Of a stretch of DNA of 64,000 nt, positions 12,812-24,612 are shown piece by piece. Below the pieces are notes generated by a model. That model ran no database searches. It had not been told where the DNA came from and was given only the letters and a program-made list of their open reading frames with translations. The position numbers and the translations under genes are program-made. The first letter of the stretch is position 1, and every line of letters begins with the position of its first letter. This DNA comes from Tubulanus polymorphus (lineage: Eukaryota > Animalia > Nemertea): positions 11,906,088-11,970,087 of the forward strand of contig NC_134031.1 in NCBI RefSeq assembly GCF_964204645.1, read 5' to 3'.

Positions 12812-13597
12812 CAATAGCCTGGTTATTTGATTGATATCTATGATAACTTGATATGAGAGTAAAGACAATAATTCTTACAAACTCGATGAACAGTTAAATA
12901 AACTCAGCTGTTTATGGAGTATGCAGTTTCAATTTCTTGCCCCTTTACTGTTCCCTTACCTCGAGGAGACGTACCTAGTTCCAGATTTATTTTTCCTTGC
13001 TAGGGAACATCAGGGAATACTGACTTTTCTTTAAATCAGGGACTTCGCTACCGCTCCGCTCCGCGACCAATTGATTTATTTACAATACACAAATTCATAT
13101 AATCAAATATATTTTAATAATAATAATTATTCTATTATTCAACTGAAATACACACGGTTATGAAAATATATTATAGTTTTAAATTACTTTTAATATTTGT
13201 TTTTAATGAGCTCGACCATTCAACCTTTAACCTGAAAGCCCATTACCCCTATTACTTTTAAAATAATCATATACATGAATAACATTTAAATTGACAGATT
13301 ATTCAATATAAAAGTGTGAGCTCTTATAGAATAGATATATTTACAACATTATTTCAATAATAATATTTGTATCAGTTAGATTTTTAAACATTAAAAGTGT
13401 TAGTAAAGTGTGATTGAAATAATACATGGTTGTTTATACTAGAACATGATTCTTTTTGAGCCTATATACATTCCATGTAAAGAGCTATGGAATAAATCTA
13501 TAAATTCACAGAATGCGCGAATGCGCGCTTTTGCTCAGGTATGATTTAGATATTTCATGTCGGTTGTTTCTATTATGATTAACACATGTGCATTAAG

Positions 13598-15729
13598 AAC
13601 CAGAAAGAAACTTTCCATGATGGGTTTCTGTGTAATTGTTTCTGTTTCATTCACCGAACTCGCTGTCAACAAGGTATATTTCTAAAAGGAAATATACTGC
13701 GACAGGTGGTTTTGCAAAGTCATTAAAAATCAAGATCCTATTGTATCTAAGGATACAATTATTCCGATTTTGGAGAGAGAGAAGTCATAAAGAATGAATA
13801 AATTAATGAAGATTACAAAATCGGAAGTAACAAACGAACAGTTTAAAAGCGGAAGCACCCGTCGCGATAGAATGAAGATTTAAATATTACAAAATCATTA
13901 TGAAAAACGAAATGAAAAGAAACAAATGCTACCGTTGATAGTATTCACGTACAAATTGTAGAATGAGAATAGAAAATTTAATTGAATACAAGTTCCGAGA
14001 AGAGCAAAGAGATTTAGACAATCAATTCGGCGGCTTGAAATAAAGAAACTGCTTAAAAAATGAATAAAATCGAATGCAAGATCTTTGCTTTCGAATAATT
14101 TGTTAATTACAAGGGTAGACCTTAGGTTCATATCAATCTATATTTTTGAATTTTGAAATCAGGGGATCTAAAAATAGTATTCATCATTACGGGACGTCGA
14201 TTCAGAAATTAAATTTTCAGGGAAGAGCCGATCAGCCTTCCAGAAAGGGAATGCGCATCATCCGTGAGTGTCGCAAAAAATTATCTCATTGCTAATTAAA
14301 GTTGAAAAATAACATGTTCGTTGTTTTCTGAATACTAAAAGATTCTTGATTTTATTTGTGTTCTGTCTACTTAATTGCGGAAATCCGATGTATTTGCAGT
14401 ACTGGGAACAATAAAGTATTGAATAAAGTAACAATTAAGTATATTTGATGAGTATCAATAAAGTATATTTGAACTTGAATTTGAGCCCACTAGGCGGTGG
14501 TATTGGAAGACACCAGGTGGTTCGATCAACTTAATATGCTCCAGCGCCGTGGCGCTGTCGCAAAAAGGCGATTCTCGATATAAATAGTAATGGGTTTTCC
14601 CCACGGGATACCCGCTTTGGGAAAGGCACCTGAATCGATGCTACGAGTTCGAATCCCAATATTTAGACGTAATTTATTATTCTTTGAAATAAATTCTTAG
14701 AATTTCTATTTATGATAGGATGTGCAGGTTTTGATTTGGTAATGATGTTAATAAAAGTTAACCTCTTAAGGTATTGTTTTCTATCTATTATTTGTGACGG
14801 ATTAGTTTCGATGCTCCTCACAACCCGCCCCACCACGTGTCACTTATTCACGGACACGCGGATTGTATCATTTGTAATAGGCCTACCACATGAAAGAGTC
14901 CATGGCCTACCGTAGAATAGTAGGGCCTACCGATCACGCTATGTGCGATGAAAATAGTGTTTGAATAAAACAAATTTTTAATGAAATAAACATTATTTAT
15001 CATAATTAATCAATAGATCAGGTGCCGCCTAAATAATTGTTTGTTTCGTGAAATTTGTACAAAACTTTGCGACTTCGTCATGTCTTGTGACCCTGAAAAT
15101 ACTAGAAGAATCATCGGTAAGCTTATAAAACGGCGAGGTCAACATAGTAACAACAACTTCGGGGATTGAAAAAAAAACTCAAAAGAATTATTTTTTATAC
15201 TGATGAGTTATACTGATGGGGAGTAGCGACCGTCATTTACACCGGTTATTTATCCATTCACTATCAAATGTGACGAGCCCAATAAATGATTGCGCATAGA
15301 TTCGGCCTCTCAGCATTTAGCACAGCAGTTCCGAGAAGTGTTAAGACCGATCAGCGCGCGCGCTATCTAAAACCGGTGCTAGTACGATCAATATCTACAG
15401 GTATATACGTGTTCAGTATTACACATCGAGTACCAGTATGTTGATCGAGCGTCGTCGTAGCAACGCGCTATACAGCGGCTTGAACTAGCGAGTAACGTTA
15501 ATTATCTTTTAACCAAATTAGAGCACTTATAACCATCGGAATCAAATATAAACCAAGCTGCACCATCTACATCAAGTAGAGAATACCTGTGTGAAATTAC
15601 AGAATTGTCGGTCCACACAAACAGCTTAAATCGTGTCATAAAGAAACATCCACAGACGGACAGACAGACAGACAGACATGACGACGATGCCATAGATGGG
15701 TTCGTCTGACGACGAAACCCATCAAAAAC
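13598..15729 (-). mobile_element. Helentron-type non-autonomous element inserted into a local tandem repeat within the Polinton
   Basis: Minus strand starts tttttgatgggtttcgtc with a short palindrome and (TCTG)n; the matching subterminal repeat gatgggtttc and hairpin gaaag-aaa-ctttc lie at ~13606-13628; flanks rejoin to the repeat unit seen at ~15850. Confidence 0.6.
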
Positions 15730-16153
15730 CGGCCATAAATGGCCGCATGTGACTGACACATGTAACGCATGTGACGCGGACATGAATGCTTTTGAATTTT
15801 GTGTGTTCAGTTGTTTCTAATTACAGAATGAATATATAATTATGATTAACACATGTGCATTAAGCAAAACCGGACATCAATGGCCGCATGTGATGCATGT
15901 AACGCATGTGTTGTTTCTATTTTACAGAATTTATAGAATGAATATATAATTATGATTAGCGCATGCGTATTAAGCAAAAGCGCTCCTGTATGTCCGCATG
16001 TGTCGCGGGTATTGTAACTGGTATTATTTAGATATCAAGGAATCGAAACTGACTTATCAAAAGCAGCGAGGAATGAAAAAGGATGACGTTGGTCGAAGAA
16101 ATGGAAGAGGATTCTAAAATATTAACCAATTTAGTGAAAAATACATATAATAA

Positions 16154-16831
16154 ATGGAACCAGAACAACCACAAATTATCAATATTACAAATAACACTGG
16201 TGTTATAAATACATATTACAAGAAGTGTTCTAAATGTGAATTAGATAAATCATTAACAGAATTTAGTAAGCGTAAGATTAGCAAAGATGGTTTTCAATAT
16301 TGCTGTAAATCTTGCACTAAACTATATACCAAACAATACCGAGAAGATAATATAGAACATTATAATTATTATATGGCAGAATATATGAGAGAAAGATATC
16401 AAACAGATCTTAATTTTAGATTGAAACAATGTTTAAGATCTAGATTAACACAATTATTCAACAAAGAAACGCATTCAGAAACACTAAACATCTAATTTAT
16501 TGGGTTGTCCGATGAATTTTTCATATCATGGATAATATATCAATTCGATGATAAAATGAATATAGATAATTATGGTGAATACTTTCATATTGATCATACG
16601 TTACCAATATCTAAATTTAACATGAATGATGAATACCATAAAAAACTTATTTGGGGTTGGAAAAATTTAAGACCTTTAGAAAAGAAGGAAAACATAATTA
16701 AATCTAATAAACTAGATTTACAGTTATATTTAGAACAGTTAACAAAGGCAAAGAAATTTATTGATCAATGGAACAATGATCCAAATAATGAAATATATGT
16801 TGAGGAATTTGATATCAAGGATCCGAAATGA
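16154..16831 (+). pseudogene. Zn-finger plus HNH endonuclease of the type common in large DNA viruses; one in-frame stop at 16493-16495
   Basis: CSKC...CKSC; FHIDHTLPIS...NLRPLEKKENIIKSNK; the two ORFs are in the same frame. Confidence 0.7.
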
Positions 16832-17169
16832 CTTATCTGGACAGTTATAATTACTGCTCCTAATAAATAAACAAAAGTAGTGAGATATTAAATCCTAATT
16901 TAAATAAAAAGTATTTAAAAAACAATAACTTCAACCAGCTAGTGAATTCTATATGAATATTTTTGATATTTTCTTTTCAAAAACGAATACTTTATATCAC
17001 AAATAGAAAATACTAAAATTCTGTACCTTTAACTAAGCTAGTATTAATCTAAAGAGATACTGGTATCATTTTATAATACTTATAATATTTTTCTTATTAA
17101 ATTTCTCTGATATAAATGTCAAGGAAATCTAATAAGAATAGTATTGATATTGAAAAAACATTAGATGAT

Positions 17170-17545
17170 TTAACCTAAATTTAAAATCGAACCTAAATTT
17201 AAAATAGGACAACACGTTCGAATATCTAAATATAGAAAAACATATTATAAAGGTTATACTCCAAATTTTACAGAAGAAATATTTAAGATTAAAAAGATAA
17301 TATTAACTAAACCTTTTGTTTATAAATTAGAAGATCTAAAAGATGAAGAAATATTAGGTTATTTCTATGAACAAGAATTATCACTTGTACCAAATCCAGA
17401 TAAAATAGAATACAAAATAGAAGAAGTATTGAAAACAAAAACTCTTAAAGGAAAAAAGTATTCTTTGGTGAAATATAAAGGATACGATGATAAATTTAAT
17501 GAATGGATTTTATCTAGTAAAATTAAAAGAATAAATGAATAAAGA
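17170..17545 (+). pseudogene. C-terminal part (with chromodomain) of the Polinton retroviral-like integrase; catalytic core deleted
   Basis: PKFKIGQHVRISKY...KGYTPNFTEEIF...GYFYEQEL...LVKYKGYDDKFNEWI. Confidence 0.85.
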
Positions 17546-18145
17546 TTTATTTATATTTGAACCGCATAATATGTTAGTTACTGGAGTAACAAACTGTGGT
17601 AAAACACATTTCATATTAGATTTGTTAGAAACTATTTATAAGAATCATTTTGATAACATAATATTATTTTGTCCTACATATGAAATGAATAAAACATATA
17701 ATAGAGATATAGTTAAGATAAAAAGTTTATTATATTAGATCCTAAAACAGTAAAAGAAAATTCAGATAATTGTATTAAAATAGCAATTGATACTTATAAA
17801 GGATCAAATACATTATTCATTGTAGATGATTGCGCAAATTTACATGATTCAAAAGTGAGAGAAAGTGAGTTATGTTATTTAGCTTTCTCTGGAAGACATT
17901 TTGGGATAACAACATGGGTTTTAAATCAAAAATGTAATTCAATTGTTAAAGACTTTAGGGAGAATATAAGATTTCTAGTTTTATTCTACAATAAAGATAG
18001 AAAATCTATGCAACAATCATTGGATGAAAATCAAATTATACCTACTGAATTACATGATGAATATATGAATAAATTAAATAATAATAAAGGTTCAAAATTA
18101 TTACAGAGATTACAATTTCCCTATGAATATAAATTTATAAAATAA
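17535..18145 (+). pseudogene. A32/FtsK-like DNA packaging ATPase, frameshifted
   Basis: Walker A GVTNCGKT, Walker B LFIVDDC, SGRH and LNQ motifs. Confidence 0.88.
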
Positions 18146-18617
18146 CTATTTGTATACCTATGTATTAGATACCCTAATACCTTAGATACCCCTATTAGAT
18201 ACCTTAAATACTTAAAACCCCCTTTTTAAAATAAATATTATTTATACAATTTTCAACCAATTTATTTTTATTTTTTTCAACTAATATATGAATAAGTTTG
18301 AAAATAATAAAGGTTATTTATTATTACTGAGGTTTCAATTTCCATATGAATATCAGTTTATAAAATAAGATATTTTATGTATTAAATTGTATTAGATTGT
18401 ATTAGATATGTATTAGATACCTTAAATACCTTAAATACTTAAAACCCCCTTTTTTATTTACTATTATTTTATACAATTTTCAACCAATATTATTATTTGT
18501 GTTAAATATAATTAATATCTTAATCACTTTCATCATCAGACCCTAACAATTTATTCAAACTCTCTACCGTATCATCATCAATAGTTGTTTTATTTTTATA
18601 CTTATTCTTCACCCTTT

Positions 18618-19422
18618 TTACCGCATCATCATAGTTGTTTCATTGTTATGCTTATTCATCCAATCAAATTTATCATTATTTTCTACTTTATGTTTCATAG
18701 AATTTTTATTATCAATATGCTTATCTGTAACTATATCACCATGTGGGTGCCGTATGGCACCATTTTCATTATCATCTTTATTAGTGTTTGCTCCTAATAT
18801 TTCATTTACAGTGTTTGATCCTAATATTTTATTAGCATCGGTTAAATCTAATTCATCTTTATTAGGTGTTGCTAATAAAAAAATATTCATATAATTCTTT
18901 ACCATTTACTTTTTTATTTGAAACAAATTTTGTAACATATCTAAATGGGTGTTCTATAAATTCTCTTAAACCAACACGTTCTATAACATTGGTAATATGT
19001 ACCCTTGTATTCATATGTTTATTCCAATTTGATGGAGCGTTTGAAAATTCACCTTTACAATAATCACAATAATTTCTATTTTCACTAACATTTAATATTA
19101 TTGCATTATTATATGTAGAAGGTATTACATTATTAGATGTAGAAGGTATTACATTATTAGATGTAGAAGGTATTGCATTATTAGATGTAGAAGGTATTGC
19201 ATTATTAGATGTAGAAGGTATTACATTATTATCAATTACATTACTTAAATTATCAACAACTTCACTTTTATTATTATCTATCTCTATTAGTTTAGTTTTA
19301 TAAATTTTGAAAATAGGATCAAATATCAAAGCTACATTACAAGGTATTACATACTATAAACCATCATTATTTTCATGTGTATCGATGTATGGAATATGTT
19401 TATATACTTTACCTCCTTCCAT
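18618..19422 (-). pseudogene. Polinton accessory protein with an octapeptide repeat (NNAIPSTS x5) and a C2H2-like finger; disrupted
   Basis: 24-bp tandem repeat at ~19100-19230; CDYC...HMNTRVH; in-frame stop and frameshift. Confidence 0.55.
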
Positions 19423-19456
19423 TTATTATATAAATTTTTATTAAAGTTAAAATTCT

Positions 19457-20694
19457 AATACATAACACTATTTAATTGAGAATTTACAATATTTAATTGC
19501 GCGTCAGATATAATATAAATGTGCATTTTGAAATTTTTGATTCCTTTATTCTTTTTCATGAATAATTGTATTCCATCTTAAGTGTTCTGTAATTGATTAA
19601 TTATGTAATGAATTATCCTCTGTTGTTCTAAAATCTAACCATAATGCATATTTATTACCGGTATAATACACAATTTGATTAATATTACAATTTTCAGATG
19701 ATTTTACTTTTTCATTCATAAAATGTTTTCTAATTTCTGGCCATTGATCTATCATTCTCATTCCTTGACAAAATATTTTATTTGCTATTCCTTCGATAGT
19801 TATTTCTACTTTTGTTATTTCAGGATTATAATAATTATCAACATTTATTGCGCCATTAGTATATGTTGCAATGGTAAAAAATATTAATATACCTTTAATA
19901 GATCTTCTTGGGAAGTTAATATTCTCATTAATTATTTCATCATTTGCATTAATAGTTACAGTTTTAAATTTATCAATATAATCATATAATAATGAAAATC
20001 CTTGATTGTATTTAGTTTGAATTATACTTGAAATATTTTCATCAGTTACTGTATCATATTCTAAACATATATTCGATAATTTATAACTCATATCTTTATT
20101 AACGCTAGATATTACAATTTCATTAAAAGGAGCAAATGTTATCTCAAATATAACGTCTTCTTGAATTGCGTATTTATATAAAGGCGCATTGTTATTTATC
20201 AATTCAAAGTCTAATGGAATTTTATATTTGCTTCCATATATACTTTTTATCAATTTATCTATAGCATTAGTTAATATTGCATTATGTGATTCTGATCTTA
20301 ATTTATTTTGGTTTTCTGATTGGATTCCTTGAAATATCATATTATTTCTATTTTCTTTAGTTAACCATAAGTCTTTATAATGCATAAATAAATTATAATC
20401 ATCTAATGAGAAAACTGTTTCTGGACCAATCTTTATTGTTAATTTTTTAATCAAATATCCAACATTATCAACAACATAATTATTATTATTACCGATTACT
20501 TTTATATCGGCTGATAAATAAATACTATTTGGAACATAAAAAGTATTTTGTGTTAATCGAGGAATTCTAACATATAAAGTTTCATCGGGATTAATATTAG
20601 AAGGGTTATGAGTAATTATATGCTGTGATCTTTCTGCTTTAATAGCATTAGATATTCTATGATTCTTAGAAGGATTGATATAACTCCCACTCAT
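19457..20694 (-). CDS. Major capsid protein (double jelly-roll, hexon-like); C-terminus disrupted after 19597
   Basis: 365-aa beta-rich ORF with THNPSNI, LYVRIP, YKIPLDF, ICLEYD and ALWLDFRT motifs typical of invertebrate Polinton MCPs; position in the structural gene block. Confidence 0.8.
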
Positions 20695-20719
20695 TTATTT
20701 AACAAAAAAATTAATTATT

Positions 20720-22324
20720 TATTTTTGATCATGTTTATTTTTTATCATGTTTACTAGCCCAAAAATAATTGCACTTACAACTGTAATTAAAATTAATTAA
20801 TATGTTCCGCAGCAAAGTTAATAATGTTTCCTGCAGATTTCAATATAAAACCAACAATTGATGCAATAACTCCTGGCAATGCTGCAGCAGATTTCTTTGA
20901 TAGTTCCCATAAATATTTTGCTAATTTCTTTAAACCATCCTTAACTTTATCTTGTATAGAATTATTATCATTCGGGGGTTTATCTGGTTTATTGGGAGTA
21001 GGAGTAGATTTCAAAGCATTTGATATTGCTAAAACAATTGTTGTAAATAACATAGTTACAGCTGTTAGAATTGACAGAATTGTTATTCCTTCTAATTTAA
21101 ATAATAACTTTATTCTATCTTTCAATGATATTTCAGAATTTGGTTTAATCAACAAATCTTTAAAAATAACTTTTAATCTATTAATATTATAATCATATGA
21201 TTTTAATAATAATTTAATTTCTTCTTTTTGTAATTCTATGTTATATTATAAATCTTCTTTTCTTTTTCTAAATATGCATTTCTTTTTTTAAATTCGATTT
21301 CTTCAATAACTTTATTATCTCTATCTAATTTTAGTTGTTCTATTTCTTTATTTTTATCAGTTAATTCTTTTTCTAAAGTTCTAATTTTAATATCTCTTTT
21401 ACTTTTTTCATGCGCAATTTTATCAGCTGATTCTTGCATACCTTTAATTTCTCTAAGTGTTTGTTCAGGAAATGCTTCTAATTCATCATCAGTTAAATCA
21501 AATAATCCTATTTCTAGTAAAGATTGTATTCGATTTATTCCAGTTTCAGCACCGGGCGTATCTAAAACACTATTCATCTCTTCTTCAAATGAATGAACTG
21601 TATCTAACATGTTATCAAAATGTTTTACTAATTGTAATTGACTTGAATCATTATCAATTTGTTGGATATCTCTTCTCGATGTTTCAGGCGTTGAAGATCT
21701 TAATTTATCTAATCGATCTCTATACTCTTCAATTTCTGTTTCTGAATTTTTATTGATTATTTTTAATAAGTCATCAATTCTTTCACTAAATTCTGTTATA
21801 TTATCATCTCTTTCTTCTTGTGTAACATCAGTTATTTCATTATTAATACTTATTATTTTAATTCTATCTGGTTCTAATTATCTCAAAGTTGATTCCGCTA
21901 ATATTTTATTTAGTCTTGTCTTTTGATTAGTGATATCAATATAATAATCACCATCCAAATGATAATAATATTTACCTTTAAAAAGTTTTAAATTTTCTAC
22001 TAAAAGTTCAGCATCTCTATCACTTATATTATACCCAGATCTTTCAAATACAGGTTTGAATCTATAAATAATTTTATTATATTCTAAATCTTGTCTTGAT
22101 AAACCTTGATTTAAATTTTCAGGAGGTATTCTCGATTTAGTTCTTCTATCAAATTCATCTGTTGATGTGGCTTTAGAACCACTATCTGCTAAATTAGAAT
22201 TATATGCTGATTCATCATCATTGTCAATATTAGTTTCTGCATCATTATAATCATCATCAATATATCCTTCATTATTATTTCCCATTTCTCCCATTTCATA
22301 ATCTTCTCCACCTTCTACATCCAT
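20720..22324 (-). pseudogene. Long acidic/coiled-coil protein with C-terminal transmembrane segments, broken into three ORFs
   Basis: ORFs 21878-22324, 21236-21610 and 20793-21155 are collinear; EGITILSILTA and ALPGVIASIV are hydrophobic motifs. Confidence 0.6.
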
Positions 22325-22341
22325 TTACATAACAAAAAAAA

Positions 22342-23724
22342 TTAAAATTTAAAATATAATATTCCTCCGATTACAATTCCTATACAAGTTATAGCTAATT
22401 TAGTATTTTCATGGGATTTATTATCATCATTTAGTTTAATTATATCATGTTGAATATCATCAGTTCTAATATTTTCTGATGTATTGTAATCTTTTATTTT
22501 GGAATCATTATCCAATTTAATATTCTTAGTTTTAGTTTCTGTTGATTGAATGTTTTTTATTTTTTTCACCTTCCATTAATTTTGGAGCAGTAATTATCTT
22601 TTTATTTATATCATTTAATCCAAATGAATTATTTATTGTTGCAGTTTTAGTTAGATTATTATAACCAATTATATTTCCCATCTTTAATACTAAATCATTA
22701 GAAATAATAAATAGATTAGGGCCTATACAATTATTTAATCTAATATGTGATTTATCTAAATAATTTTGATATCTTACAATGTTTTCTGGAATAGATCTAT
22801 TTTTATCATTATGAATTGAATCTTCAAATAATACTTTGAATTGTTTCTGTGTATCAAATGATGTATTTAAATTTCCAATTATTGGGGATCTTGTTTCAAC
22901 TTGCGCACCTAAAATACATATCAAATAAGTTCTAATAGATTGATTTATTCTTTCTATACCTGATTTAGTAAAACCTTCACTATTTTCTAAAATAAAATAA
23001 ACCCAACCATTATTGTTTTCTTGTTTTAAATGATCATAAAATTTCGGTAATTTATTGAAATTTAATGTTTCTAAATCCTTAGTTTCTATTTTACCATAAC
23101 CTAATTTATTATTATAGATATTATAAAAACTATTAGATGGTATGGGAAGTGCACAATATTCGGCAATCTTTTTAGGGCAAGGAAGTGATCTTATTGTTCC
23201 AATTTTTGTTCTAAAATCAGAATTATTTATATCTATATTAAATTCATTACAAATTTTATAAAACTTTGATAAATTAATATTATTATCTAATTCTTTAAAA
23301 TATCTAGATCATGGTAAAGCGCACTCTAATTCATTTAATATTATTCTGATTTGAAAGTATGTATGAAATCTAAATAAACTTTGAATTTATATTTAGAATT
23401 ATTCAAATGATCATTCCAACTAATTCCACATCCTGTTGTTGCACAATAAACAGCAAAATTTAATTGGTTCTGCCAATACTTCATATTAGATTTTAATAAC
23501 CATTGTTTTTCATCTTTCAATTTTTTTAAATTAATTAAATAGACATGAAATATATTTTCCATCTTTGCATTAAAATTATTAGTTTCAGTAACATAAATAT
23601 ATAAATTAGTTAATGAATCTAAAACTTCATTTCTATATGTAATATCTTTATTAAAATCTATTGCAGGAATATTATATTTAATTGATTTATTATATTGGAA
23701 AGCTTTTGGAAAACTATCTGCCAT
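22342..23724 (-). pseudogene. Conserved Polinton hypothetical protein with C-terminal TM anchor, fragmented
   Basis: YWQNQLNFAVYCATTGCGIS and ILGAQVETRSPI motifs; terminal hydrophobic tail. Confidence 0.6.
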
Positions 23725-23740
23725 TTATATAATTAAAAAA

Positions 23741-24166
23741 TTAATAATTTATTAATTCTTTTAATAATTTATTTTGTTCTTCAACTGTTATATGGCCATT
23801 TAAACTTATTGTATAATCTAGTGTATTCTTTAATTTATTAATTTCTTTTATATTAGTTTTAATTTTTTCTTTATTACTTTTTATATTTAATTTTGAACTA
23901 ATACCAGTTAAAACACTTGAACTTAATCCTAACACACCAATTGATATAGCTAAAGGTGTTAATGGGCTGAATATTGCTAAAAATGTTATTACAGAACTAA
24001 TTGTAACCGAACCACTAATAATAAGATAATATATAATTTTAGATTTTAAATATTTTTTCTTTTTTATCTTCAAGTCACTTTCAAATTCTAATATTTGTTT
24101 TTCTAAATATATTTTTTATTTAGTTTTATTTATATCATGAGGAATAATATCAATATTATCATCCAT
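23741..24166 (-). pseudogene. Small two-TM Polinton protein (5' frameshift)
   Basis: TAAATG start at 24166; hydrophobic hairpin in ORF 23741-24073. Confidence 0.5.
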
Positions 24167-24186
24167 TTATTTAGCAAAAAAAATTA

Positions 24187-24609
24187 CTAATTAGTAAACT
24201 TATAAGCAACAAATATAACAATAACAGTTCCACCTATAATCCAAATTATTTCATATTTCTGTTGTTCATTACTTGGGGTATAATAATCTGATATTGTAGG
24301 TTTATGTAGATGTAATTTTTCTTTATTTGTTACCGCGTTATATAAACTCATTGCATCATCGACTGATTGAAAATCTCTATGTGAAATCTTCTGATCATAT
24401 AATTCCTTGTTAATATAATCCATATAGTTTTGCCTCTTTTCTCTATATTCTTCTGTTGCTTTATTGTATTTCTCTAATGCTAAGTTATGTCTTCTTTGTT
24501 CTGTTAATGATCCATTTTTATCAATATGTTTAAATAAATATCCACCACCAGTAAATGCTAAAGCATTAACAATTGCCGATCCTATAATAGTTATAATTGC
24601 AGAAGCCAT
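24187..24609 (-). CDS. Conserved Polinton small protein with hydrophobic N- and C-termini
   Basis: MASAIITIIGSAIVNALAFTGGGYLF...EQRRHNLALEK; intact 140 aa. Confidence 0.7.
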   Translation of the reverse strand: MASAIITIIGSAIVNALAFTGGGYLFKHIDKNGSLTEQRRHNLALEKYNKATEEYREKRQNYMDYINKELYDQKISHRDFQSVDDAMSLYNAVTNKEKLHLHKPTISDYYTPSNEQQKYEIIWIIGGTVIVIFVAYKFTN

Positions 24610-24612
24610 TTA

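Noticed and set aside
12023-12868. Recurrent ORFs such as MSTYRDVLTTYFVF (also 37160-38015)
   Set aside because: Chance translations of a non-coding, self-complementary MITE.
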